Below the pieces are notes generated by a model. The model was not told where the DNA came from and made no database searches. It saw only the letters and a list, made by a program, of their open reading frames with translations. A DNA stretch of 64,000 nt from Lama glama (lineage: Eukaryota). The translations under genes were made by a program, and so were the position numbers. The first letter of the stretch is position 1. Every line of letters begins with the position of its first letter. Location of the stretch: positions 22,818,001 through 22,882,000 of the forward strand of contig CM052832.1 in NCBI GenBank assembly GCA_028534125.1. The letters run 5' to 3'. Of the stretch, positions 25,060-38,299 are shown in pieces.

Positions 25060-26325
25060 TAACATCCAACACTAGTATGGTTATGTTTGTTACATTAACG
25101 AACCAATATAGGTACATTATTATTAACCAAAGTCCATACTTTATTCACATTTTCTTCATTTTTGCCTAATGCCCCTTTTCTTTTTTTAATTCCAAGATCC
25201 CATCCAGAATGCCACATTACATTTAGTTTTCTGTTTAGGCTCCTCCTGACTGTGGCAACTGCTTATCCTCACCCTGTTTTTGATGTCCTTGACACTTTCT
25301 AAGGAGGATGCTCAGGTCTGTTGTAAGATGTCCCTCAACTAGGACTTGCCTGCTGCTTTTCTTATGCTTAGACTGGGGTTACGGGTGTTTGGGTGGAAGA
25401 CCACAGAGGTAAGGAGCCATTTGCAACACATCATACCAAGTGCACGTGCTATCGACGTGAAGTATCACCCGGCCTAGGTAGATAGATAGGTTTGTCAGGT
25501 TTCTCCCCTGTAAAGCTACCCTTTTCCCCTTCTTTCTCTTCTCTGCTTTTTGGAAGAAAGTCACTACACTTTCCCCCTACTTAAGAACTGGGAGGTTATC
25601 CATTCCCTCATCTAGGGCAGAGTGGTTAAATAATTTATTTGGAATTCTCCTGCATGGGAAATTTGTCTCTTCTTCCCCATTTATTTACTTAGTGAGTCAT
25701 TTATTGATATAAGTATGGATTCATCAATATTATCTTATGTTTTGGGTTATGATCCGATGCTATTTATTTATTTTGTTGCTCAAAGTGTTCCAGCTTCAGT
25801 ACTGAGAGCTCTTTCTGTTGTCTCATCATTGTGGGGCATTTTGTTTTCTTTGTTTTGCTTTTAGCACTCTTTGACTTTCTGGCACTATGAGATACTCCTC
25901 TTTCTCATCGTGTCCCCAGTCCTAGAAATAACCATTTCTTCCAGGAGCTCTGGTTCTTTTTATTGGAGAATACCATCAAAAACCAAGATCTGGGTGCTAC
26001 CTGTGTTTGTTGCTACTGGTTGCTTCCAAGCAAAGAAATATATGTATGTAACCAAACCCTGTATGTATACATATCTGTAAGTATTCTACATGCAGCCACC
26101 TATATCAATGTTAAGCTCTACATGAATCTGCACTGATGCCTCCAACTCTGCACGATCATTCTAGCCTCTTCCCCTTGTTCACCTGTTAACTCTCACTCCA
26201 ACAATGAGAAACCTGGCTTCTACCATCTGCTAATATTCATTTCATTGTTCAATTCCAGTGCACATGTGAAACAATCTCAGAACTGTTAACCCATACTTCG
26301 TTGCAATGTATCATCTAGAGTATGG
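25060..26325 (-). mobile_element. L1MC/L1MD-like 3' UTR
   Basis: 'acattattattaaccaaagtccatactttattca...ttccaagatcccatccagaatgccacattacatttagt' and 'aatgagaaacctggcttctaccatc' are typical of long L1MC/MD 3' UTRs. Confidence 0.8.
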
Positions 26326-26814
26326 CACAATGCCATGTTTTTGAAATTTAAGTATGAAAAAATAATTCGAAAGAGAATTATTGTAGATGCTCTTGTGTAT
26401 TTCTTCCTATTGATTTCTGCCTTTGGTCCACTCTATAAAAGGAATAAAAGCTACAGACCAGAATAAACCAGAAGTTATCTAAAAAAGGCTTAGGGACGAG
26501 TTGAAAACGAAACCCACAAATACAGAGAATTGATACGGCAGGGCTGTGAGAGGAGTCAGTGCAACGTCAGACACGGTTTTACCAAGCCCAGTGCAGACAG
26601 GAGAGGTGCCTGCTGACTGAGTAGAGGACAACACTGATTTTGACTGACACACTGTCTGAAAGCTGGTGACTGGCAATAACAGCCTTTTGCTTCCTTTCTT
26701 TGGTACCTGGGCTTGAGAAACAACTCTGACCCTTGCGTTTCAGAAACAAGCCTGACCCGTCTGATTGTTAGGTGAAGCCAGATGTAGAGGACAAAACTAA
26801 AGGTTGCTTTTTTC

Positions 26815-28413
26815 CATTAGACTTGATTTTTCAGAATGGTTTTAGGTCCACAGCAAAAGCGTGTATAAAATAGACAGAGCGTCCCCATAGGCTTCCTACC
26901 CCACCTCCCCAACAACCACCGTCACTACCACCATAGGGCAGCACAGTGATACATTTGTGAAAATCGCAGAGCCTACACTGACACGTGGTTACCACTCAAA
27001 GTCCATAGTTTACATTAGAGTTCGCTGGTCCTGCTGTACATTCTGTGGGGTTTGATACATACATAATGACATGTATCTACCATTTTAATACCACACAGAG
27101 TGGTCTCACTGCCTTAAAAGCCCTCTGTCCTCTGCCTGTTCACTCTACCTCCCCTCTAATATTTGGAAACCACCAAACATTTTACTGTCTCATAGTTTTG
27201 CCTTCTCCAGAACGTCATATAGTTGGAATCACAGTCTGTAGAATTTTCAGATGGGCTTCTTCCACTGCGAAATATGCATTTAAGTTTCCTGCATGTCTTG
27301 TCAAGGCTGGATACCTCACGTATTTTTAGCACTGTAAAAGATTCCAGTTTCTGGACGTAGCACAGTTTATCTATCCATTCACCTACTGGAAGACATCTTG
27401 GTTGCTTTCAGGTTTTGGCAACGATGAATAAAGCTGCTATAATCATCTGTGTGCAGGGTTTTGTGTGGACAAAATTTTCCAACTCATTTGGGTAAATACC
27501 AAGGAGCACAAATGCTGGATTGCATGGTAAGAATACAGTTAGTTTTGTAAAAAAAACTGCCACACTGTCTTTAAAAGTGGCTGTACCATTTTGCATTTCC
27601 ACTGATAATGAATGAGAGTTTCCTTGCCAGCATTTGGTGTTATCAGTGTTTTGGATTTTCATTATCGTAATAAGTCTGTAGTCATAATTTGTTTTAATTT
27701 GCAATTCACTAATGACATATAATATGGAGCATCTTTTCCTATGTTTATTTGCCATCTGTATATATATATATTTTTTGGTGTGGTGTCTGCTCAGATCATT
27801 TGCCCATTTTTTAACTGGGTTTTTTAAATAGTAGAATTTCAAGAGATCTGTGCGTATTTTGATTAACAATCCTTTATCAGATATGTCTTTTGCAAATATT
27901 TTCTCCCAGTCTACATCTGATCTTATTCTCTTGACAATGTCTTTCCTGGATCAGATTTTTTAAAAAAATGTTAAGACCAATTCATCAATGATTTCTTTCA
28001 TGGATCACACTTTTGGGGTTGTATCTAAAATTTCATTACCAAACTCAAGGTCATCTAGATCTTTTCCTATGTAACCTCCTAGGAGTTTTTTGACTCTGCA
28101 TTTTACAGTTAGGTCTATGACTCACTTTATGTTAATTTTTGTGCATGATGCAAGGTCTGTGTCTAGATTCCTTGTTTTACACTTGTATGTCCAGTTGTTA
28201 TGCCACAATTTTTGAAAAGACTATCCTTCCTCCATTGTGTTGCCTTTGCTTGTTTGTCGCAGATTGGTTGACTGTATTCATGTGGCTCTATTTGGGCTCT
28301 CTAATCTGCCCCATTGATCTATTTGTCCGCTGTTTCACCAATACCAAGACATCACAATAAGTCTTGAAGTTGGGTAGTGTCAGTCCTCCAACTTTGTTCG
28401 TCCCCTTCAATAC
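26815..28413 (-). mobile_element. L1MC1-like L1, 5'-truncated
   Basis: Minus ORF 27408-27869 is an L1 ORF2 C-terminus ('NPVKKWANDLSRH...QMANKHRKRCS...LLGIYPNELENFVHTKPCTQMIIAALFIVAKT'). Possible degenerate TSD aggttgcttttttc (26801-26814) / aggttcgtttttc (28414-28426). Confidence 0.9.
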
Positions 28414-29264
28414 AGGTTCGTTTTTCAGGCTAATTCCTTCTGAATATAGTGCAAAGGCACTCAGCTCTAATTTTTTTCTCTTCTAGTTTTGACCTATCCC
28501 ACAGTGCTCACCTTGAGAACAGTAGACAAAATGGCATTCTGTTTTCTCTTTTTCTTTTTTTCTTACCTTAAAGCAATTTGTTATCAGAGGCATTTCTTAT
28601 TAATTCCCAACTGGAAAAATCCTAGTATTCAAAATAGGATGAAGGCTATTGCTTGAGGCCAAAGCATTTACTTCAGGTTGTCTTTTATTATATAAATGTG
28701 ACTCATTTAATATTTCCTATTTTGGAATACATGAATCCAAATGATAATTTTAGATTATCATAAAAATTTTAAATACGAAGCACAAGAAATTTCCATTTTT
28801 GTTAATTTTCTCAGATAAAATTGGACACTTCAGACATCAGGGTAGTTTCACTCATGGAAGAGCAACCAAACTGTTTTGTTTAAATAACAGAATTAAGGAA
28901 GTTACTCATTTTACTGCAAATAGTGCATTTCTGGGTTTGAAAAGCAGTTGAAATCAGAAAGGCAAGAAATGTTGAGCTTCATTTTCTAGAATATCTGGAA
29001 AAGCACAGGGATATTTACAAGGTCCTCACAAATGATCTTACGGGTAATGTATTTCTTGGTTTTAGAAATGAAACAGTCATACAGAGAAAGACTCTTTAAA
29101 ATGTCTAATGACAAATAATGAAGACCAGAGAGAATGATTCTTGCAAAGCAGTAATCAACATCTACGAAGTCACCTGGGATTATCTTTAAACATTGCTATA
29201 AGATGCATTTTCCACTTTTTCAATAGCTATTAAGGAGTATTTGGAAAATTTCACCTTCCAATCT

Positions 29265-29275
29265 TGCTGAGTCAT
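29265..29275 (-). promoter_or_regulatory. Perfect NRF2/BACH/NF-E2-sMAF antioxidant response element motif
   Basis: TGCTGAGTCAT (= ATGACTCAGCA on minus) in non-repeat sequence. Motif only, function untested. Confidence 0.35.
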
Positions 29276-29588
29276 GATCATCACACGTACAATTATCCTT
29301 CTGAGATGAAGGGAGTTCACACAATGGTTTGTTGTTATTGTTTCTGTGTTGCTCTTTTGTCTGTTCTGTTGTTTATGTACTTTTTGGTTTTGGTCCAGTC
29401 CTTGGTCCCATCAAGTCTGCTTTAAACAACTGACTCTGGAATGAAGCCTACAAAAGAGTTTTGTCTAAAACTCCTCTCTATTACTACTTCTCCCTGAGAT
29501 GAATCAAACTTGTTTTTATCTTTACCCTACATTTTACACAAGGATAGGATGATTTTGTAGTTTCTGACTCAAACAGGGCATTTTACTG

Positions 29589-30058
29589 TTGATGTGGGTT
29601 GTTTGTGTCTGCCCAAAATATATGTGAAAGACCTAACTGCCAGCACCTCAGAACGGTCACCCTATTTTGGAAATAGGGTCTTTATAGAGCTAGAGCTAGT
29701 CAGAGTAAAATGAGATCATGAGGATGAGCTCTACTGCAATATGACTGGTGTTCTCATAAAAGAGGGAAATTTGGGCAGAGCAGACACACACATAGAGAAG
29801 ATGAGGTGAAGAAACTCAGGGAGAATGCAGTGATCCATCCATAATCCCTGGAGTTTCCAAGACTGCCAGCCAGTCAGCCGCCAGAAACCAGAGAGAGTCA
29901 AGAAAGTACTCACCTGCAAGTTTCAGAGGGGACATCGCCGCCCTGCTAACACCTTGATTCTGGATTTCCAGCCCTCAGAACTCTGAGACAATACATCTCT
30001 GTTTCTTTAAGTTAGTCAGGTTGTGGTTCTTTGTAACAGTAGCCCTGGTAAATGAATT
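29589..30058 (+). mobile_element. MaLR solo LTR (MLT1B/C-like)
   Basis: 'tttggaaatagggtcttt', 'atgactggtgttctcataaaagagggaaattt', 'ccctgctaacaccttgattctggatttccagccctcagaactctgagacaatacat', 'tttgtaacagtagccct'. Confidence 0.9.
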
Positions 30059-30069
30059 GTAACTTTTTC

Positions 30070-31450
30070 TCTGACTTCTCCTATTTCTGTTGAAAAGGCT
30101 GTTAGTACTTTGAGGGTAATGTATTTTTCTCTGCTTTAAGTTTTTCCTTTTGCCTTCCGCTGTCAGCAGTTTGACTCTTATGTGCCTACAGGTGTTTTCT
30201 TTTTTGATTGCATGTATCCTCTTTGCATCCCATGTTTCTTTGACCTGTGACTTGCGTGTCTCATAGGCTTGGAAATGTTCTTCAAAATATCTTTTCTAAT
30301 AATATTTTCCACATTTCTCTCTCTCTCATTTTCATGTGGGATTCCAAACACATATTATGTTACTCTGAATTACCAGCTTCCATATGTATCATGTCCTTTT
30401 CTGTGTTTTAATTTTTTTTCTCTCAATACTGCAATCTAGGTATTTCCTACAGTTCTATCTTCCAATTCACCTATCCTCTCTCTTTCTCTCTTCTGTTAAA
30501 CTCATCTTTTGAATTATCAGTTTTAGGTATGTTTTTAGTTCTAGAATTTCCATTTGATCCTCTATTATATATTGCAATTCTCTTGTGATATTTACCATAT
30601 TTCAAAAAATGCTATCATTGAATATATTAACCACAGTTATTTGAAAGTCTGGTTTGGATAACTGCATCATCATAGATCCGTTTCATTGTGTAAATTTTCT
30701 GTTGGCTTTCTGTCATTTGGTCTCATTTATTGGCAAGCCTGGTAATTCCAGAATGACTGTCAGACATTGTATATGAAAAATTACAGGTGCTCTGGTTGAA
30801 GTTATCTTCCTCCAGAGAGAAGTTAATCACCTTCTGGCAGCAAACAGATATGAGAAAACCTTTTGAATAAAATCGGGAATTTGAGATTATCCGAGGCTAA
30901 GTTTCAGCTTTGTGATGCTCTGCTATTTCTAATTTACTCTTACTCCCACAGTGTAGCCCTCTAGAGGTCTCAACAGAAAGCCTGAGATTTCACTGCAGTT
31001 TCCCCTTCATGGAGAGTCTTCAATTCCAAGTTTTGTGTCTTCTGAATTGAGTCAGGTAAGTCTCTTTTCAGCTGCTTTTGTTCAATGTCTTGACCTCCTG
31101 CGCTCGGCCTAGGGAGCTCAGGGCCTGGCAAATTTCTTGAGAGAAAACTAAACACAAAACATACAGCTAATTCCTCTGTACGTCTCCTTTCCTTAGGATC
31201 TTTGATTTCTTGAACATCAGGTGCCGCTTTGTTGTCTCTCTAGGCTAGTGAGCCCACCACATGCACTAGGATTTCTGCTCAGGCTCTAGGCATTTCCGCA
31301 TACGTGAGCCAAGTGTAAAGTAGTTTGCTGAATACAGGACTCGACTGGGTGGCTTTTTCTTTTCTCTAAGATCTTAGCCCATTAAATCTGTTGGTCTTAG
31401 TTGATTTCTGCTGTGTTCAAATAGCTGTCTTGTTAAATGTGTATTATTTT
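30070..31450 (-). mobile_element. Old L1 5'/ORF1-region remnant (L1M/L1ME-type)
   Basis: T-rich antisense L1 ORF1-like strings ('cagcagtttgactcttatgtgcctac', 'tttttagttctagaatttccatttg'). Confidence 0.6.
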
Positions 31451-31663
31451 ATCTCATACCTATCTGTTACTCTCTAGGAGCTTTTTTTTCCCCTAACCCA
31501 ACCTTTTCTTTTTACCCAGAAACCCATTTTAAAAATATCTGTACTTTATCTATTTCTATTTTCTCTTCTATATCTTTCTACCATTTCCCTCATTTTCCTT
31601 ATGTTCTTCATTCTGTTAAAAAATAAAAAATGATCTAATTATGCAGGTAACATAGGACTGGCA

Positions 31664-31702
31664 TTTTTTGGTATATACACATATACCAAAAAAAAAAAAA
31701 AA
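31664..31702. repeat. Perfect 13-bp inverted repeat with 4-nt loop, running into A15
   Basis: ttttttggtatat (31664-31676) - acac - atataccaaaaaa (31681-31693); poly(A) 31688-31702. Confidence 0.9.
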
Positions 31703-32104
31703 GCCATAAACCTGAATAAACTTAAAAAAGAAAGCCATCAGTCCTACTCTACAATTACCTATTCTTTTCCATATACCCTCTGCCCCCAAGCAGTGCTTTT
31801 TGGACTGACCCAGGTATCAAATCCAATGTTAATGCCACTTTTAAACTTCCTGTCATGATCCTTTGCTCCACTTCCTTATTTAGGTTCCTTATTCATCACT
31901 GGAAACATTTCACTTCAAATAGTTCAACCATTTTTCTCTCTCCATCAAATGGCTGAGCATACAGACCTACTGTTTGCCATCCGTCCCTGAGTATACCAGT
32001 ACCAACTTTTTACACTAAAATTACTAGTTTGGACTAATAATATATTGCTATCCATTCGCCATACACACTCAGCAAGATCTCAATGCTGGCTGAAACAAAA
32101 CATG

Positions 32105-33135
32105 CAAATTTTCTACCAAGCTGCAGACTAATTTATCCAATGGCCTGCCTGACATTTGCTCTAGAGAGTCTAATAGCCATCTCAGAATTAATATTTCCCA
32201 AACAGAGTATTCGTCTTCCTCACCCCATCTCCTTAAACGAGTCCTCCTGAATCAATCCTTAGCTACTTTAAAGGGCACTACCATTTGCCTAGTTGCTGGA
32301 GGAATAAACCTGGGAGTCATCTTTAGCTTCTACCTTCCCTGCTGCCCAAGGAATGTACGCTAGATCCTCTTACCTCCTTCCATCTCCACTGCCACCCTTG
32401 TACTCATATACCACAGCATCTTCCTTGGATTGTGGTTAAGAGCCTCCTAACCCGACTTGGTTTCTTTTCTCTATATGGCTCCAACATTGACATTTGTAAA
32501 ATGTAAGGACTGTAAATGGGAGCTGAGAATAGGGAATACAGCTTGAGAAAAATATATAAATAAAAAAAGTAATCCAAGCACCACATATTTTCAAGAGTAA
32601 GTGGTCCTGCAGTAAGAAGTGGTCTTCTAGTCTGACGGCATTACTGCCTTGATTAAGGGCTTTATATCTTAGTTTTAGTGGCTTCTCACTGCTTTCAACA
32701 CAAATCACTCCCCATGGCCTACAGAGAGCCACTTGATCTGCATGTTATCCCAAACCAGGCTCCTCCTACTCAGCCACAGCCACACTGGCCCCCTTTCACT
32801 TCTGGTCCTTTATGTTATCATCCGTTCTCTTTATAATTCTTATTGCTTGTCTCTTCCATTTCATATTTTAAGAATAAGTTTAATCGTCATCTTTCTGCTC
32901 TGTCTGCAGTGACCCCCAGTTATACTCTGTCATGCCATATAGCTTATTGACTTTGCAACTTACATAGCAATGCAAAATTATTTCTTGTTTCTATTGTTGT
33001 CTACTTGTGTAGTGTTTGTTTTTGCCACTGTGATGAGGTTTTAGGAACCTTATCTATCGTGTTTACTCCTAAAGTCCTTAGAATAATACCTGGCTCAGAG
33101 CAGGGACTCCCTGAGTAATGACTGAATAAATAAAT
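32105..33135 (+). mobile_element. L2 LINE fragment
   Basis: 'atccaatggcctgcctgacatt', 'aaacctgggagtcatcttt', 'ccatctccactgccaccct', 'agccacactggcc', tail 'acctggctcagagcagggactc...tgaataaataaat'. Confidence 0.8.
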
Positions 33136-34257
33136 TTCTGGAAGGCTCTAAGGTTCCCCCTGAAGTTCCCCAAAGTTCTAACTAATCTATTATTTTTCTG
33201 AAATAAAATCTAACATCTCAAGTGTTAGCATTTGTAATGAACATAATTTATTCTTCAGCTTTCTCTTTTGATTTTACATACAGGATAGCCAATTACATTT
33301 TATAGCAAGTCTAAAGCAGCTCTGTTATATCCTAGATCAAATGGGCTTTATGAGCCGTCTAGGGAGCTTCAACTGCATTTATTACAATGCTTTTGTATGA
33401 AAATGTGGTCCATGGTCCAAGTAACAAAAAATTTACTTTCCAGCAAACTTTGAGTTCAAAAGCAATTTTTATATTGATGACAGTCCATCTTGAGTTCTGA
33501 GTATTCATTAAATCTTTGGGTCAGAAACCAAGTTTCAGTAAGAACATCTGGATATCCATGCAACAACCACATTAAGTCCTGTTTTCAAAGCAGGGATGAT
33601 GTAAGTGGCAAATACGTAAATATAATTCTTTTAAGAAACAAAGAAGGTATATAGTATATAACTCCAGCCTTGTGTTAAGAATGTGCGCTTTTGACATTGG
33701 ATTTGAATGCAATATTCTGATGAGAAAGACAGTCTTTAAATGGATCTCTTTGCTGCAGATTATGCAAAAGCACCATTAAAAAAGAAGTTATTTATCGGTA
33801 CGTGCTTGGTGGTTGTTCCAGAAAAAATTTCGGGTTAAATCCCACTCAGTTTCTTAAAATTCATCTGAGAGAAGATGTAGAGAAGGCATTCTCTTCTATA
33901 ATATAATAAAGTGTCTTTGTTTTGTATCCATATTTTTCTTTGATGTATATTTAACTAGTTTATGAGGTTAATAGAGAGCTATATTCTGTACTATTGAGCC
34001 AACTACTTTACTTCCTTAAGTAATTATTTTACATAAGAGTTTTATTTTTTTTTTAATGGAAAAGAATTTAACATGTTTTTTTCTGTCCAGGAACTGAAAT
34101 ATAATTTACTCAAATACAGATCATGTCCTAATTTCTGTTTTAATACTCACAAAGTATTGTTTCAATAAAAATTATATAAATTCAATAACTCGCAAGGAAG
34201 AATTAAAAATACTTCCATATACATTTATCAGCAGAACTTAATTTATACTTGTTACTC

Positions 34258-35300
34258 TTTTTTTAAATTGAAGTGTAATTGACATCCAACATATTAATTT
34301 CAGGTATACAACATACATAATGATTTGATATTTGTGTATATTGTGAAATGATCCTCATTATAAGTCTAACATCCATCACCACACATAGCTACAGAATTTG
34401 TTTCTCTTGTGATGAGACATTTAAAGATTTGCTCTCTTGAAAACTTTCAAATATGCAACGCACTATTAACTACAGTTGCCACGCTGTACGTTATATCCCA
34501 ATGACTTATGTATTTTACAACGGGAAGTTTGTATGTTTTCATCTCCTTCACCCATTTGCCCACCCCTCACCCCCTGCCTCTGGCAACTACCAACCACCAA
34601 TCTGTTCTCTGTACCTATGAGCATTTTTTAAATTACACATTTAAGGAGATCATATGCTGTTTGTCTTTCTCTGTCTGATTTATTTCACTTAGCATAATGC
34701 CCTCAAGTTCCATCCATGTAGTTGCAAATGGCAAGATCTCATTCTTTTCTATAGCTGAGTAATATTTCATTGTATGTATATGCCATATTTTCTTTATCTA
34801 GTCATCCATCAATGGACACTTAGGTTGTTTTCATAGTTTGACTATTATAAATAATGCTGCAATGAACACGGGGATGATATCTTTTTGAGTTAGTTTCTGT
34901 TGTTTTTGGATAAATATCCAGAAGTGGAACTGCTGGATCATGTGGTAGTTTTACTTTAATTCTGAGGATCCTCCACACTGTGTTCCGTAGTGTCTGTACC
35001 AATTTACATTCCCACCAACCTTTACTCCACATCCTTGCCAACTCTTGTTATCTCTTGTCTTTTTGATAAGAGCTTCTCTAATAGGTGTAAGGTTATGTAT
35101 GTCTCATTGTGGTTTTGATTTGCATTTCCCTGAATATTAGTGATGTTGAGTATCTTTTCATGTATCTGTTGGCCATCTGCATGTTTTCTTTAGAAAAATG
35201 TCCATTCATATTCTCTGCCCATTTTTAATCAGATTGTTTGGGGGTTTTGGTATTCAATTGAATGAGTTCTTTATATATTTTGGACCTTTACTCCTTATAT
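34258..35300 (-). mobile_element. L1 3' end (L1MA9-like/laurasiatherian)
   Basis: Minus ORF 34820-35041 'WECKLVQTL..TVWRIL..KVKLPHDPAVPLLDIYPK' is the L1 ORF2 C-terminus. Also 'tttatttcacttagcataatgccctcaagttccatccatg'. Confidence 0.92.
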
Positions 35301-38299
35301 GAGTTAAATCTGTGTTATAATAAATGAATATTGAAAATTAAGATTATGCAGATGTGTGTGCTTACATGCACATGTGTGCGTATTCCTCATATTACTGAAA
35401 AACATCTTTACTTCTGCAAGCCTAATGTTAGGCATAAAACTTATAACAGGGTATATTGGTCAATGTGCCCCTGGAAGAAGGTGTTTTGGATCTCAGAGGC
35501 AGCATAAGCACCAATAGATGGCATCACTATGGTAACTGCCTGCTCTCTCTCTTTTAATTGAATAGCATGGTAAGTAGTCTTATAAAACCCACTAACCCAT
35601 AACTTTCTGATGCCTCAAGCTGGCTTTAACCTAACCACCTTCTCTTTGTCTTTATTTTTCAATCTGCAGCATTCAGGTGTTCAGCTCTACCTATTTTATG
35701 AGTCTGATGTGCCTTGGAACTTAAATCCTTGGGCTACTGACCACAAATAATTTCTAAACAGGAGCTCAGTGTGGTTATAAAATCAAGACAAAATTTCAAC
35801 TGCAAGAACAAAAGCAAACCTAAACATAAAGCCATGTCTATAAAATTCAAACTGAATATGAGACCCCAGTATTTGATCATCTGATATCGCCAGAACTCAT
35901 AGACACCTGGTGCAGTACAAAGAAATCATCCTAGAAACACAAGGGTCACAAAGAGTATCGTGTTAAAGTAAGTCTTGGGCAACAGACTCACACATTTTAG
36001 TTCGAACAGAAATTCTCCTGGGACCCAAGAGTCCTATTTTGCTTTCTGACTCAAACACACACCTCATAAAATATCTATGCTTAGTGCAAAGATGTTGCAT
36101 GGGGTTAAATAAAAACTACTGTAATTCTTTCCTTATCCTCCTTTGCTTCTTAGAGATAATAATTCTTTCTGGTTATTTTGCTAGGTATTTATGTTTAAAC
36201 TGTCAGTAAATCTCTTTAAAAACAAAACTGAACATGTAAGAGTCGCTAGTGCTGTACAGAAAAGCAGGGCTCTTACAATTCGTCCTACCTGTGGGAGAGA
36301 GTATCATGATGAGACAAAAAGGTAACTCCAATAATATCAACTTGGTGTCAAATACACTCTCTTCCTTCTGAGTAACACTATGATTTTCCAAAAGACTGAG
36401 TGGAAAAGGACAATTAGAGATAACTGTCTAAGTTTATGTTGGGGAATGACCCTGCACAATATCAAAGAAACAGTGTTGAGAGTTTAGAATTTACCTTGTC
36501 CAACTTCCCATGCAATTAGAAATCTTCCTTACAGTATCACCTAGACTTAATCTGAAAACACGTTTTATCTAATCTCTCAATGCTCCTAAATCTTAATACA
36601 ACTCAAATATAGTTGGTCGCTTTCCCAACTTTGCTAGCATCTTTCTACAAGGTGAAAAATTTAGTTTATATTTAGGCAATGATTCTTTGCAGGATATTCC
36701 CCTGCCCAAATCAGAGAAAGCACAGAGGAAATAAAGGAATTGGAACAAGGAATTAAGTATAATAATTAAACATGCCCACATTATCTTTGGAAGAAGCCCA
36801 CCTCACTGAACACATGATAGAGAGAATTCCAGGTGATAAATATTGGGAGACAGTCCTCCATAGGTCCCTTTTGCTTTTACTGCCTTGCTAAGTATGGAAA
36901 AAACTCAAGGCTCTAATCATTCTTTACTGTGCCCTTTTTTTTTCAGTGTTGTGTTTGCAGTGACAAGCTTTAGGGATGAAATACAGTCTCCCGAGACAAA
37001 GAGCAAGCTTGCTTGCTTGCTGCTTGCTATAAAACACCAGAGTCCCAGTCTCAGGGTTCCTTGGCTGTGAGGCAAAGCCAAAGCCACAACAGGTGTGATA
37101 CCAGTTTGGGCGCTGTGCATCACCCTTGTGGGACGTGGGGGCCAAGGAGAAAAGGATGCAAACATATCTATGAAGTAGTAGGCTTATTCATTAGCTTGTA
37201 AGTAGACTAAAACCCAACCAGAGAGGAGGAGGAAGTTATATAAATTCACCCCTGCCTCCTCCTAGAAGTCGCATTAACAGACCACCCAAACTGTCTCCTG
37301 ATTCTTACTAGAAAAGTGGACTATAATTCAATTATTCTAAATCTGAAGCTATTATCTTGGTAGATATTCTAAAAATAAGTGAAACTCTTTTTAAGCACCT
37401 ATAAGGGAGGAGGGAGAGTAGTGCTGTCCAGAGGCATGCATTAGTTCCATATATAAATGAAGCTCTCCCCCCACTCCCCGAGGCAGATAACTTTTAGACT
37501 AACGATATTCTGCTATATTATTTGGAACAGAATTTTAGACCTCTGACTGCCTGATATAAAATAATTCTGAAGCCATCATAATCAAAATCTTAGCATAGTC
37601 TCCAGACTTTGTCACCTTCTAGCAGAAGTGGCATTTGGGCTGCACCTCAGTTTTCACATGAAATGTCAAATGTTCCCTCCATGAATATCTGTTTGGGCAT
37701 AACAAGTATTTATATTCAGTTCGTAATAGGCCAATTGCATACTTGGTCAGAGCAGACAACCTGGAATGTATCGATGTTCCATGGCTCTCAAGCCTGCAGG
37801 TGGGAGAGATGATCCCTAAGAAGATCATCTGAAGAACACGCAGTCAATCTATTCCTCTAAACCATTATTTTTCAATTTTTTAAAAAAAAATTGCTCCCTT
37901 ATGGAAACTTTTTAGGCAACCCCTCATAGACTCCCTGCCCCCAGTGAAACTTGAATACTAGACATATAATTATAACTGTATTATGAATTACAGTATAAAT
38001 AATATGAATATAAAACTATGATAATATCAGAATGATATAGTTGAACTTATATATTAATAGGCACAGCATTGTGCCTAGCTTAGAGTAGGCACTTTATAAG
38101 TGTAAATTTGACTCATTTCCCTTTGCTTAGTGGGAGAATCAAGGGTTCAGACTGACCTTCAGGCTAATAATAGGAAAAACAAAGAATTTACTTCCCTAGG
38201 TATCTATATTACATTCAATTAGCCTAGTAAAAATAGACCTCAATTAGGTCTTTTTTGCCTACAGGTAAAATAAAGTTCTCTACCTCTATCCACGTATAA

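Noticed and set aside
27408..27869. 153-aa ORF with protein-like sequence
   Set aside because: Decayed L1 ORF2 C-terminus, not a host gene. The same applies to ORFs at 11202-11906, 34820-35041 and 49321-51365.
36300..36376. ATGATGA ... CTGA spaced about 65 nt apart (C/D snoRNA-like)
   Set aside because: No terminal stem or recognisable guide; expected by chance in 64 kb.
36496..36552. 57-nt minus-strand exon-like segment (ttttcag...AAG|GTAAAT; LSLGDTVRKISNCMGSWT)
   Set aside because: Short, with no homology I recognise and no compatible partner exons.
37960..38060. Very AT-rich tract
   Set aside because: Low-complexity sequence with no periodic unit or structure.
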